A DNA stretch of 64,000 bases, taken from the NCBI GenBank assembly GCA_963803145.1, contig CAWDLW010000008.1:32001-96000 (forward strand), read 5' to 3'. The notes below the pieces were generated by a model. The model did not search any database. It worked only from the letters and a program-made list of their open reading frames with translations, and had not been told where the DNA came from. Source of the DNA: Methanotrichaceae archaeon. GTDB taxonomy: Archaea; Halobacteriota; Methanosarcinia; Methanotrichales; Methanotrichaceae. The position numbers were made by a program, and so were the translations under genes. Shown here piece by piece: positions 51,472 through 61,613 of the stretch (positions are counted from its first letter, which is position 1; each line of letters begins with the position of its first letter).

Positions 51472-51714
51472 ATGATGAAAACATTGCGCTATAAAATCCT
51501 GCTCAGGAAAGAGGAAGACGGTACTTATACCGTGATTGTGCCATCGTTACCGGGATGTTTGACTTATGGGCGTACCGTCGTCGAAGAAGCTCTTGCGATG
51601 GCAAAAGAGGCCATTGAGGGTTTCATAGCCTGTATGATTGAGCGCGGCGAAGAAATCCCCATTGAAACCGACGATTCAATTATATGTACCGTTGCCATCG
51701 AAGCTAACGCTTAG
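51472..51714 (+). CDS. HicB-family antitoxin (orphan)
   Basis: EEDGTY.V.VPSLPGCLTYG.T.EEAL.MA.EAI...GEEIP pattern. Confidence 0.87.
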   Translation: MMKTLRYKILLRKEEDGTYTVIVPSLPGCLTYGRTVVEEALAMAKEAIEGFIACMIERGEEIPIETDDSIICTVAIEANA

Positions 51715-51982
51715 TTTTAACAACTCATTTTTCCCATCAAGGTTCAAAGTGCAACGGAATCGCTTTACCTTTGACATTCGTGGCTAATTCTATTATAGAT
51801 AGATTTATTCTTTACGCTATAATGCATTAATTATATCAAAAAGACATTATGGGTATTTTTAGTTGTTATGAATGCTTTTTCGGGTAATAGATAATGCACA
51901 AATACCCGAAAACCTATTTATATAAGAACTGGTTTCTTGATGTTAGGGATAATAGGAAAATATTCGATAATCGCTACGCAGA

Positions 51983-52067
51983 GCGGGGATAACCAAGCCA
52001 GGCCAACGGTGATAGACTCAAGATCTATTCTCGCAGGAGTTCAAGGGTTCGAATCCCTTTCCCCGCA
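51983..52067 (+). tRNA. tRNA-Leu (anticodon CAA)
   Basis: GCGGGGA/TCCCCGC acceptor stem, ATAGA-CTCAAGA-TCTAT anticodon arm, long variable arm, GGTTCGAATCC. Confidence 0.96.
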
Positions 52068-52209
52068 CTCCAATCAACCAGAGAATAGTGATTCTTTAGT
52101 TTTTAGCCATCTTCGCTTTATATACCGAAAAGGCGTTCTTATATGTGAATTTTAGCGAGAAATAGATGCAATCTATTACAACATAATTCTTACATCTGTT
52201 TAATTAAGG

Positions 52210-52366
52210 ACCTGTCGGCTGAGTCTCTTAAGGCTCATGAGATATTACATAACACTAGATGCAGATGCCTGGGCTGGGAAAGCCCTGGCACCCAAGGCAC
52301 TCGGTCAAACTGCTGAGGCCGATAGCAGCCTTCGCAAAGGCCAGAGCGCTAGGGTATCTGGGATGA
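52210..52366 (+). pseudogene. Frameshifted 3' remnant of a TPR-repeat protein
   Basis: Joined frames read AESLKAHE / ITLDADAWAGKALAPKALGQTAEAD / AAFAKARALGYLG*, matching a TPR consensus and capping helix. Confidence 0.65.
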
Positions 52367-52754
52367 TCCCGATTACTTCGCAATCTTCTGACCGAAAGCT
52401 TTATTTCGACTATAGACGTAATAGTTATAGGCAAAGGTCGGACCACCTATTTTATCTGCGTCCTACATTACTGACTTTTGCCTCCCTCCTAATTCACTCT
52501 TGATTATAGACTCATTTTGCTTGTATGCCTTCATTTGCCCGCGATTCTGTTGAATATTGTGATAGTGGCCGAGGGAGTTGTTAGGCAGGCGTGTTGGGGT
52601 GCTTCGCTCTGAAGGCTACAGGCTAAGGGCTGCATAAGTTATATTGTGAGATTGTCCGGCTCGACCAATTCTCAAGAAGCCCTTGAATAGCGATGCCCTC
52701 CTCAATCAGGGATTTTGCTCAATGCGATCAGGGAGGGCTAACAAACTTTCTAGT

Positions 52755-52955
52755 CTATTTTTTCTCTGCTTTTTTGCCCTCTTCAATTAGATCTTTTACT
52801 CTTTGGCCGCCTTTATGGCCGATCTCCTCGTAGAACTCACGCCCATGAGTCTCAGCAGTCTTCTCTCCTCCCTTGCGTCCAGCCTCAGAAACAGTCATCG
52901 AACCCTTGCTTTCCCTTTCCGTTTTTTTCATAGCAGCCATTAATCTCAACTCCAT
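52755..52955 (-). CDS. KGG-repeat general stress protein (GsiB/Em-like)
   Basis: MTVSEAGRKGGEKTAETHGREFYEEIGHKGG. Confidence 0.9.
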   Translation of the reverse strand: MELRLMAAMKKTERESKGSMTVSEAGRKGGEKTAETHGREFYEEIGHKGGQRVKDLIEEGKKAEKK

Positions 52956-53195
52956 TGTTTTTTCGCTGACCAGAACATATTCATTAATGAAACCGAAGAT
53001 AAGGCTAACATTAACGGCTGTTCTGGTGTTATATCTACCACTTTTTTATGGTAGGGTTATATAATATATCGCATGCATCTATATAAATTTTTTCAATATC
53101 AGTAGTACTATCCCTAAATAAGCCGATGATCAAATAGATGGCTCGTAAGGAGTATATCAGTAATAACCTGCTGTGTGGGCCTCTTTTGGAGGTAA

Positions 53196-53486
53196 TCAAA
53201 GTTGCATTATCTCTCTTTGGATGATCTTTAGGCCCCTCAATATTTCTCGCCCTTTTTCCGTAGTTTCATAAACAGTTAGATCTCCGTTTATTATATGCAG
53301 CAAGCCTTTCATGATCAATTTATCAAGGTATGGGCCTGCCGTCTTAAAATTCATGTTTGTCTTATACACGATTCTTGTCTTGCATGCGCCACCTATGCAG
53401 AGTTCAAGGATTTCAGCAATAATAGTCTCTTTGCTTCGTTTTAAGTACATATAGAGTAAACCCTCCAACCGATAATACGACTTCAA
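53196..53486 (-). CDS. Archaeal winged-helix transcription regulator
   Basis: RS...I.AEIL..C..GA.KTRIVY..N.NF.....YL..L...GL......Y.TT.KG; true start probably MYLKRS. Confidence 0.85.
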   Translation of the reverse strand: MKSYYRLEGLLYMYLKRSKETIIAEILELCIGGACKTRIVYKTNMNFKTAGPYLDKLIMKGLLHIINGDLTVYETTEKGREILRGLKIIQREIMQL

Positions 53487-53588
53487 TTTATAATTTGTTA
53501 TGTATTATCTCTCAATCCATATGTACTTTCTGATCCGATTCGTTAAACGTATTAAAAGTCTTTAGGATGAATATCTGGAGGCATTTTC

Positions 53589-53819
53589 ATGATCTTGTGG
53601 CGTAGACGTGAGGCCAGGCCCCTAGTGCCCAGGAAGATAGTCAACCCTAGGCTTCTGGAGCTTGAGGCCGCCAAGGAGATACTGGCCGAGATATTTCATG
53701 CCTGGCCAGTGGATATCGAGAAGATGGTCCAGAGTAGGCTTGAGGAGAGGAGCTGGGATGTGAAGCAAATGCCGGCATCCGATGGCCTATGGCCTGCATC
53801 CTTTTGCCTGGGTAAATAG
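53589..53819 (+). CDS. Small hypothetical protein
   Basis: GGAGG upstream; helical ORF. Confidence 0.5.
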   Translation: MILWRRREARPLVPRKIVNPRLLELEAAKEILAEIFHAWPVDIEKMVQSRLEERSWDVKQMPASDGLWPASFCLGK

Positions 53820-54449
53820 CCATGGGCAGGAGCTTCGAGAGCGTGAGGATGGCCGTGAAAGAGGTCTCGGCAAGGTGGCTGAAAGGCATCCAAGGCGCTG
53901 AAAAAGGAAGACCCGATCTACGGCTGAGATGTCCAAGAAGCATTCAAGCCAGGCATTTTATTGCCTTGATGATCCTCTAGAGCGGCGGTGTTTTCGGGGA
54001 TGGTGGCGATAGGCGAAGGGATTGGCATCGAAATAGCGCCTCCTAATGGTCTGTTTCGCCCCTTCGCCGCATGTAGCTTCATCGTATTGCTTTCTGTTGT
54101 ACATGTTGTAACATCGAATTAATTTGTATATTTTAAAGTGGGATAAAGAACCAAAGGAAACTACTTGCATAAATGATATACTGGCATTTCCGTCAAGTAT
54201 TCTATCTTTGAAGTTCAGTTTATGATAATTAATTCCTATGAAAGCAATTTTGATTGATATGATTATTTTGCATTAGAATTACAAACAACGGTACTTAATT
54301 CCAGTATTAACTATGTCTACTAAATTCGATTTCGCAACGTTTTATTAGAGATAAATACAAACCTATTGTAAATACAAACTTATTGTAACATTCCCGAAAG
54401 GGCTTGTCCTCCTTGAGGGATGTTGGGGAAAGCTATTCGGAGGCAAGTT

Positions 54450-55268
54450 ATGAATGATTGTATAGCAATACTCATCGTTGGCTCTTTGCTGCTGGTTTCC
54501 GCAGCTGCTGCAACGGGCAGTAACAACCAGATATCTGTTGATATCCATCAAGAGGCAGAAGGAAATTGCATCACTGGGGATGTCTATATTGCCCAGGAGA
54601 CTTATGCGATTGCTAATGTTCAGGGAAACAACAATTATGTCATCCAGCATATAGATGCATATGCCAATGATAATGACTTAACAGGCATAAACAACCCTGC
54701 CGGCATGACTCAAATCTGCAGCATTATAGGCAATATAACTGGTAATGACAACCATCTTGAGCAAAACATTGAAGTAAACTTAATAAATAATAGTATAGTC
54801 GAGAGCAACCTATCTCAGAGTGCAACTCAAATAGCTGAAATTGTCGGCTCCAATAATAGTGTTTATCAGACGACTTCTGTTGATTCATATGATAATCGTC
54901 TCACTCTGAGCAATTTAAGTCAGTTCTCATTCCTTGGAGCTTCCAGCTCAGTTGGCAGCGATAATTGGTTGGATCAACGAGTAAGCCAAAGCACGAATCA
55001 TAGCAGCTTAGTCATGTCAAAATCATGGCAGGTTGCAAGAGGCAGTGCAAACCTCTTCGGCAGCAAAAATAACGTAGATCAGCAGGCTACTATCAGTTCG
55101 GATGATGCTAGACTGACTTATGCCCTAGAATACCAGGAGATCCTCGAGAATGCAAATATTCTTGGGAGTGGCAATTCCTTAACACATGATCTAGCTTTGA
55201 ATGGATCGAACAACGATATAGTTGCAGCTTCACTTATACAGAAGGCAAATATGACAACGAATCTCTAA
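54450..55268 (+). CDS. Secreted Asn/Gln/Ser-rich ~35-aa repeat protein (beta-solenoid, curlin/Fap-like pattern)
   Basis: Signal peptide; six Q-x9-G-x-x-N-x3-Q-x8-N-type repeats; downstream hairpin at 55288-55317. Confidence 0.78.
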   Translation: MNDCIAILIVGSLLLVSAAAATGSNNQISVDIHQEAEGNCITGDVYIAQETYAIANVQGNNNYVIQHIDAYANDNDLTGINNPAGMTQICSIIGNITGNDNHLEQNIEVNLINNSIVESNLSQSATQIAEIVGSNNSVYQTTSVDSYDNRLTLSNLSQFSFLGASSSVGSDNWLDQRVSQSTNHSSLVMSKSWQVARGSANLFGSKNNVDQQATISSDDARLTYALEYQEILENANILGSGNSLTHDLALNGSNNDIVAASLIQKANMTTNL

Positions 55269-55983
55269 GCGCACGCTGCTATATCTAAAGGAAGGGTCAT
55301 AACTCCAATCCTTCCTTATTATATTAATTCGGAAGATTAATATGGAAAGGACAATTTGCTTCTCTTTTTAGGGACCTGTCTACATAAGGGTTATGTTGCA
55401 TATAGGGGTGTTGTAGCAAAAGTGGTGGTTAAAGGGTAGCGATTTTCACTGTCACCACCACCTAATGCAACAGTAAAGCGATCTCTATTGAAATGGCAAA
55501 GGAACGAAAGGCAGATGCTCCTAAATAATAGAGCCTGGCAAAGCGGAAGGTTAATGAGCTTAGAAGACTTCTTGAACATGAAAAGTTGGTGATTGTTATT
55601 GAGAACGGGTTAATATTGAAGAAGTTTATAGAGCAGCCAAAGCCGGTATTTAGAAAATCGATTACATTCGATGTATGGCAAGATGGCTTGATTAATGGAC
55701 GAAGGCGTGCAAGTCGCGCGCGGTAGATTAGAAGTCTTATAAAGTTAATGCTTTGATAGATAACGGTTCCTGTTATCAGCATTTAAATAAAAACATGTGT
55801 AGTAGTTACGCAGTTGAGCATGTGGAGGATAATTATCTTCAGAATAATGACCCAGATGAAGGCAATTATTCTGATTCAAGCTCATAATTATCTACTTTGC
55901 TTCCATAGCTCAACAATGTGAAATTCAACTATATTTAAAAAAGATATGGCTTTATCAATAAGAGCTGATGATAAGGAAAACTC

Positions 55984-56406
55984 ATGAGTCAGAAACAAGT
56001 AAGAGTTGGGGTTGGGGTGTTAGTATGGAAAGAGGGTAAAATTGCACTGATAAAGCGTGAAGGTAATTATGGTTCAGGTACATGGGCGCCACCTGGAGGT
56101 CATATTGAGTTGGGGGAATTTGCCCTTGAGGCAGCGATCCGCGAAACGATGGAAGAAATCGGAGTAAAAATAAAAAACATAGACATCCTGGGGTTCACTG
56201 AAGATCTTTCCGCTATCTATGATACTCATTATATTACTATCTGGACGAGGGCTGACTGGGCATCAGGTGAATTAAAAGAAACAGATTTGGAATTTACCGA
56301 AAGCGGTTTCTTTGATATTAATAATATGCCTAAACCATTATTTATCTCATTTAAGAATCTAGTAGATGGCAAATTACTGCCAAAGAAAGTACGACTTGTT
56401 CCATGA
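55984..56406 (+). CDS. NUDIX hydrolase (NUDT15/MutT-like)
   Basis: RVGVGV and Nudix box GGHIELGE....AAIRETMEEIG; HYITI. Confidence 0.92.
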   Translation: MSQKQVRVGVGVLVWKEGKIALIKREGNYGSGTWAPPGGHIELGEFALEAAIRETMEEIGVKIKNIDILGFTEDLSAIYDTHYITIWTRADWASGELKETDLEFTESGFFDINNMPKPLFISFKNLVDGKLLPKKVRLVP

Positions 56407-56694
56407 GCATGTTCTAAAACCCATCTAACATCCACTAACATCGCGCCTTATAGAAAGCGAGGTATTACTCCGGCTCCAGGCGTTGAGATAAGCTTCATAG
56501 TACACTTTTTTATATACCTTACCCGTACCTGTCTACATTAAAATCTCTGATAGTGGAATCGAGAGGCAAAAAGTGTTCCATTTATCGATTATGGATTAAT
56601 TAGAAAAAGCAAAACTGGAGTTGACTATAGTCAAGGTCACACCCAGCTTTGAGTAAATAGTTTTGCCATTACCATTACTGGTTGCATTGCCTGA

Positions 56695-57273
56695 TTATTT
56701 TACATCTATCTGTAATACATCATTGAATGTTGTGGATTTACCTTGGGCAGATGCTACTAGAGTTGTATTATAGAATCCCGTCGCAATGGGAGCAGTCCAG
56801 GTCCCGATATATTCTCCTCCAGGCGTTTGATCTAGAGTCACATTGTTAACTTCGACGCCAGCGGAGTTTCTGATGATCGCATACGTGGTCATATTCGCCA
56901 TATCTCCAAGGGTCGCGGTAATCTTAACAGGGCTTCCAGGATTTGTCGGGTTGGGACTCGCACCTATATTATTAAGACTGGCGCCAAGCTCTGGCTTTTG
57001 CGCGGCACTGTTAGTCGTATCCGATTTGCTAGCATCCCCATTTTGGGCTGCACCGTTATTGAACTGTGAGTTCGTCGACCTAGCAGCTTGAGCACTAAAG
57101 ATCTGAGTAGCTCCCTGCTGAGCTGCGGGATTTCCTATCTCATCCAACTTCTGCATAGGATCCCAGTTCTCTTCGGCGCCGCAGGCTGTACACCCTGCAC
57201 TCGCTATGGCTGCAAGGCCTCCTAAGGCCACTATAATGCAAACTAAAGCCAGAATGAGTATCGATTTTGACAT
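56695..57273 (-). CDS. Secreted protein with N-terminal CxxC and C-terminal Ig-like domain
   Basis: Signal peptide, AGCTACG, ASPNP..PG..V.ITA...Y.G.W. Confidence 0.7.
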   Translation of the reverse strand: MSKSILILALVCIIVALGGLAAIASAGCTACGAEENWDPMQKLDEIGNPAAQQGATQIFSAQAARSTNSQFNNGAAQNGDASKSDTTNSAAQKPELGASLNNIGASPNPTNPGSPVKITATLGDMANMTTYAIIRNSAGVEVNNVTLDQTPGGEYIGTWTAPIATGFYNTTLVASAQGKSTTFNDVLQIDVK

Positions 57274-57485
57274 AATAATATCTCCTTTAGCACTTCATTG
57301 GACAATGACGAGCGCATTCTATAACGAGGCCGCCTCTGCCATCACCCACAGAAATCGGCATCCTATATATATAATCCTGTGACTGGGATGTTATGACTAC
57401 GGCTCTAGTCGATACAGCCGGAATAGCCCCGACTTAAAGATGTGTGGATGGCCTAAAGCCATCTTTCGTTCCCATTGGGTTTAGC

Positions 57486-57908
57486 CTAAAGCATATTGTT
57501 GTCGAAAATTGTGGAAGCAAGAGTTGATTGTCTCGCATCTTGTGTACCTGTGCCTCCCAATTTCACCGCAATGTTATCCGATGTCTTGTTTTCTAGATTA
57601 TCCATTACATTGTAGGTTGCAGTGTTGTTCAAACTAACATTACCTTTATTGGTTTGATTAAGGGATGAGTTTGTTGATTGAACTTCCGGCGGGATTGATA
57701 GCGTGGATAAAGGAGTTTGACCGAGATTTTCTCTGGCAAAATCATCGAATGTATCCATGTTCGGATTGAAAGATGGGTCGCCCAAGAAGTCATAAGAAGT
57801 ACCACCACTACTGATTGCGCAAGATCCTGAGCAACTCGCGTGACTCAGGCAAATAAAAGCAGGTGCAATAGTAAGAAGCAAAATCGCATGCTTAATACCA
57901 ATTTCCAT
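57486..57908 (-). CDS. Secreted low-complexity protein with N-terminal Cys pair
   Basis: Signal peptide, SCSGSC, N/S/T-rich with many NxS/T sequons. Confidence 0.62.
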   Translation of the reverse strand: MEIGIKHAILLLTIAPAFICLSHASCSGSCAISSGGTSYDFLGDPSFNPNMDTFDDFARENLGQTPLSTLSIPPEVQSTNSSLNQTNKGNVSLNNTATYNVMDNLENKTSDNIAVKLGGTGTQDARQSTLASTIFDNNML

Positions 57909-58172
57909 AAGAGTTCCATTTAGGGTCTGCAGTTAAAAGCTCTTCGATAGAGTTCGCCTACAGAACTAGGAGTCTCTCGTATTCTCTTGATTAACCTTAT
58001 CTACAACATGCAAGTAGCAAGCCGTGGTAGATAGGTTCATATAGCGCATTAGTTTTCTATGATCAGAAATCAGAAGGCAGATGATAGATATGGCTCTTAT
58101 ATTAGCTATTTTACATAAATGAAAAACTTCACTTATTAAAGAGGCATATCTGTGTCTATTATATAACCATTA

Positions 58173-59570
58173 CTGTACTCTCCAAGTTTCTCACCAATTT
58201 ATAATCTCCATTCTATATCAAGTCATATCTTATATCCCTGTTCTTTGATTAGATAGAGTAAACCACTATCAGGAACTGGCAAATTAAAGTATTGTAATAC
58301 ATATATAAAGGCATCAATGAATGCTTGAGCCTTTATACTATCTATCATATCTCCAATCGTTCTATTTTGTTGATTTCTTTCCACTGGTGGGTTTTTGAGT
58401 TCATATAAAACGATAGCTGTCCAGACTGAGAAAACCATCTGAATAAATCTTTCAATTGATCGTTTTCCTCTTAATTGATAATCCTTGAATCCCAATTTTT
58501 GATTTGACTCTCTATGAGCAGTCTCAATATCCCACCTATCCTCATAAATAGAAAGGATTTCTACCAAAGATAGTGAACAATTGGTGCTAATAAAGTAGTT
58601 GGCGTCACCATTTTTCTTTTTCTTTGAGATGACTAGCTTTACTTTGCCAATCTTATCTAAGATGACTTCTTTTTCGATTGCATAATATACCTTCTTCTTG
58701 CCGCGAACTTGGACTGTAGTTCTTCTATAATAAATTTCGTCAATCTGATTTGCCAAGTCCCTGACCTGAAAGGACATATCCTTATTTATCCATACCTTTT
58801 TATCAGACTTAATTTCACAAACGACTTGATGACCTAAGTTCAGGCATTTAGTTATAAAATCAGCAGAAAACCACCAGCTGTCGAAAACAACATAAAGACT
58901 CAAGCCTTTTGGTATTTTTAAGGGCTCGATGATATCTTTATAAGCGATTTCTATTTTAGTCATGAAATCTTCACTGCTGTCTATCTCTTTAGTATACATT
59001 TTTGCTTTATGTGGTATAAATATACCTCTAGATTGGAGGACTGAGGTAACAAAGTTGTTACCCATAATATAGTCATCTTTGCAATGATCGTAAAACTTGC
59101 CCACGCCATCAGTACATTTCCCTTCCTTTTCATTATATGTATCGTCTATAATTAATAATATTTTGTCGCTTGCACTTAACTGAAGAGCTTCTATAAATAG
59201 ATCCGCACTGCGCTGAGCTACTTCGTTCTCATCCCAGATTGCATCACTAAAGAACCAATTATAGGAAGAGCGTGATTTCGTACATTCTCGATCCTTTGCC
59301 ATAGCATCACTAAGGTGTGCGATGGTCTTAGATTTATCACATACGCTCAGTGCTGAAATCATATCACAGAAAGAATTATAGCTCGGTATGGTGAATAAAT
59401 CTTTAAATTCTTTTAGAAATGGCTCTAACTGTAATGGAATCTTAACTAATTTGATCATGACATAGTAAAATACTTTTATAAATAAATCTATTTTGTATCA
59501 AGAATTAATTTTAATGGTAAAAGAAAATATAGCTATAAATATAAAGCTATGAAAAAGTTGGAGAGTACAG
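58173..59570 (-). mobile_element. IS701-like (IS4 clan) insertion sequence, 1398 bp
   Basis: 21-bp TIRs CTGTACTCTCCAAGTTTCTCA / CTGTACTCTCCAACTTTTTCA (19/21); 9-bp TSD TAACCATTA at 58164-58172 and 59571-59579. Confidence 0.93.
58223..59458 (-). CDS. DDE transposase (IS701-like)
   Basis: LIIDDT...K.G, VVFDSWW and Y..RWDIETAHR..NQ.LG..DYQ.R motifs. Confidence 0.92.
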   Translation of the reverse strand: MIKLVKIPLQLEPFLKEFKDLFTIPSYNSFCDMISALSVCDKSKTIAHLSDAMAKDRECTKSRSSYNWFFSDAIWDENEVAQRSADLFIEALQLSASDKILLIIDDTYNEKEGKCTDGVGKFYDHCKDDYIMGNNFVTSVLQSRGIFIPHKAKMYTKEIDSSEDFMTKIEIAYKDIIEPLKIPKGLSLYVVFDSWWFSADFITKCLNLGHQVVCEIKSDKKVWINKDMSFQVRDLANQIDEIYYRRTTVQVRGKKKVYYAIEKEVILDKIGKVKLVISKKKKNGDANYFISTNCSLSLVEILSIYEDRWDIETAHRESNQKLGFKDYQLRGKRSIERFIQMVFSVWTAIVLYELKNPPVERNQQNRTIGDMIDSIKAQAFIDAFIYVLQYFNLPVPDSGLLYLIKEQGYKI

Positions 59571-59740
59571 TAACCATTAAATCGAATATCATACCGCTTA
59601 GCTTAGGGAGGCTGGCTCTATCTCGCTTTAATATTCCTGATTATAGGCAAGAATCAAGTTATGTTCTCTGAAGCTCAATAAATCACCATCTTAAAATTCT
59701 GGCATAAGATATTTACCCGTTGGAAACCTACAGTATTGCT

Positions 59741-60172
59741 ATGATTTATTCAAAAATTACGTTTGCTATTCTTCTGGTGATATCTTTATCATTATCAGCA
59801 TCTATTGCGTCAGCTGTCATCGATAATGGCACTGTACAGTATTATGCAGATATCCATAACAGCATGATCAATAATGCTCCCCAGTTCGTCAAAAACCTTG
59901 CAGGCAATGCGACGATAGATTTGAACGTCACAATGAACAATGGGAGCATATACCATACGGGGTTTGAGATGAAAAACGCCCAGGTCAACAAGATTATTGG
60001 GGGCGGGGTCAGCGATCCCCTCGTTTCAATCAATGCCACTGAAGATGCCGTAAATAAAATCACGAGCTCAAATGATCCCCTAAGCGCTTTCATGCAGGAA
60101 ATGAGTAACGGTGGCATAGCCATTCAAATGCATGATCCTCACAGTGAAGGCAAAGGCTGTCCTTTTCTTTGA
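59741..60172 (+). CDS. Secreted hypothetical protein
   Basis: Signal peptide MIYSKITFAILLVISLSLSASIASA. Confidence 0.6.
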   Translation: MIYSKITFAILLVISLSLSASIASAVIDNGTVQYYADIHNSMINNAPQFVKNLAGNATIDLNVTMNNGSIYHTGFEMKNAQVNKIIGGGVSDPLVSINATEDAVNKITSSNDPLSAFMQEMSNGGIAIQMHDPHSEGKGCPFL

Positions 60173-60367
60173 CTACCTGGTTATCCTCCCTTTCGATCAA
60201 CCATCAATAGTAGGATGCCAATAATTGGGAAGTAGACCCAGCGAAAGTGGCTTCGAAATTTGATGCTGAGTACTGTGGGAGGCTCATGCAGAAAGCTTGG
60301 TTGGATGTTGCGTTTGTATTCAGAAGAAAGAGATAAATTATTTGTGTTAATATGATTATGGGGTATT

Positions 60368-61093
60368 ATGGCAACCAAAAAGAAAGAAATGAGAATTAAG
60401 ATAATCAAAGATGGCCCATATCGGGTTACAGGCGGATTGCCACTATATGAACAGGTAATTGTTACCGATGAAGCAGGCCACACCCGTGAATTAATTGATA
60501 AAAAAGAATACCCACGCCAGGAGACCTATATCTTGTGCCGTTGTGGTGCATCTAAGAACAAGCCTTTCTGTGATGGGACCCACCGGGAGATCGGTTTTAA
60601 TGGTAGTGAAGCAGCCAGTAGGAAGCCCTACTTGGAAAAAGCGGAGACATTTGAAGGCCCCGATCTAAAACTAACCGATGTCCCCGAGTTCTGTGATCAT
60701 TCCCGTTTTTGTCTCCGGTCTGGTGGCATAAGGAATCTCATACAAAAATCAGGCAATCAAGAAGCCAGGCAAACCGCCATTGAAGAGGCTATGATCTGCC
60801 CCTCAGGACGGCTGGTACTTTGGGATAAGAATACTGGCAAACCTTTTGAGAAGGAATTTGAACCATCTCTTGTGCTGGTGCACGATAAACAAAAAGGTTG
60901 TGAAGGCCCCCTCTGGGTTCGGGGCGGTGTTCTCATTGAATCAGCAGATGGCAGCATGTATGAACCCCGCAACAGGGTAACCCTCTGTCGCTGCGGAAAG
61001 TCAGATAATAAGCCCTACTGTGATGGTAGCCATTGGATGAATAGCCAAGAGAAGCTCGAGTTCAGGAAGAAATGGGGACTGGCCGAGATTTGA
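60368..61093 (+). CDS. CDGSH iron-sulfur domain protein (two CDGSH motifs flanking a Cys-rich domain)
   Basis: LCRCGASKNKPFCDGTH, FCDHSRFC...CPSGRL and LCRCGKSDNKPYCDGSH. Confidence 0.93.
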   Translation: MATKKKEMRIKIIKDGPYRVTGGLPLYEQVIVTDEAGHTRELIDKKEYPRQETYILCRCGASKNKPFCDGTHREIGFNGSEAASRKPYLEKAETFEGPDLKLTDVPEFCDHSRFCLRSGGIRNLIQKSGNQEARQTAIEEAMICPSGRLVLWDKNTGKPFEKEFEPSLVLVHDKQKGCEGPLWVRGGVLIESADGSMYEPRNRVTLCRCGKSDNKPYCDGSHWMNSQEKLEFRKKWGLAEI

Positions 61094-61327
61094 ACCATTG
61101 AGCTCAGCAAGATGATGGGCCGGCATAGGATCAAGGTCCAATTGAAGATTGCTATCCATATATCATAGCTAAAACCAGCAAGCGCTTCTGTAGTTATCAC
61201 CTACTATTAATACGAATAGGCGATTAGAATAGGTACCCTTTATCCTTTTGTCTAATTTGTGAATTCAAAATAGGAATAATCGTCTATATGGTCTAATGGG
61301 GCCATAGCAGTTTTCATGGTGAGGACG

Positions 61328-61565
61328 ATGAGATATCTGAACTTGGCCCTAATAGCAAGCTTAATAATGCTGTCTTTGAGCGCAGCCTCAGCGGCCAGCG
61401 ATGATATCTCGGATCTCAAGAAACTAATCTCAGCCAGCAATGATCCCAAGATGAGCATCCAGGACCTGGGCATTCTTCCTTGCCACCCATAATTACGATG
61501 TTAGGCCGTTGGAGAACTATGTGGGGCTTAGGCTTAATTGCCAGGTCTACAAATTAATTCTTTAG
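61328..61565 (+). pseudogene. Frameshifted small secreted protein
   Basis: MRYLNLALIASLIMLSLSAASAASDDISDLKKLISASNDPKMSIQDL, then after removing one G at 61468-61470 AFFLATHNYDVRPLENYV...YKLIL*. Confidence 0.55.
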
Positions 61566-61613
61566 CGAGACCCTCTGGGACCTTTATACCCACACCCTCA
61601 GGGATAAAAGATA

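Larger units (their letters stand above)
44383..52049. mobile_element. About 7.6-kb tyrosine-integrase island in tRNA-Leu(CAA)
   Basis: Direct att repeats 7586 bp apart; integrase adjacent to the left repeat; AT-rich cargo. Confidence 0.88.

Noticed and set aside
52255-52366. Structured ncRNA or riboswitch with an apparent pseudoknot downstream of tRNA-Leu
   Set aside because: Stems can be drawn, but the sequence translates across two frameshifts as a TPR C-terminus (ADAWAGK...ALGQTAEAD/AAFAKARALGY), so it is better explained as a GC-rich pseudogene.
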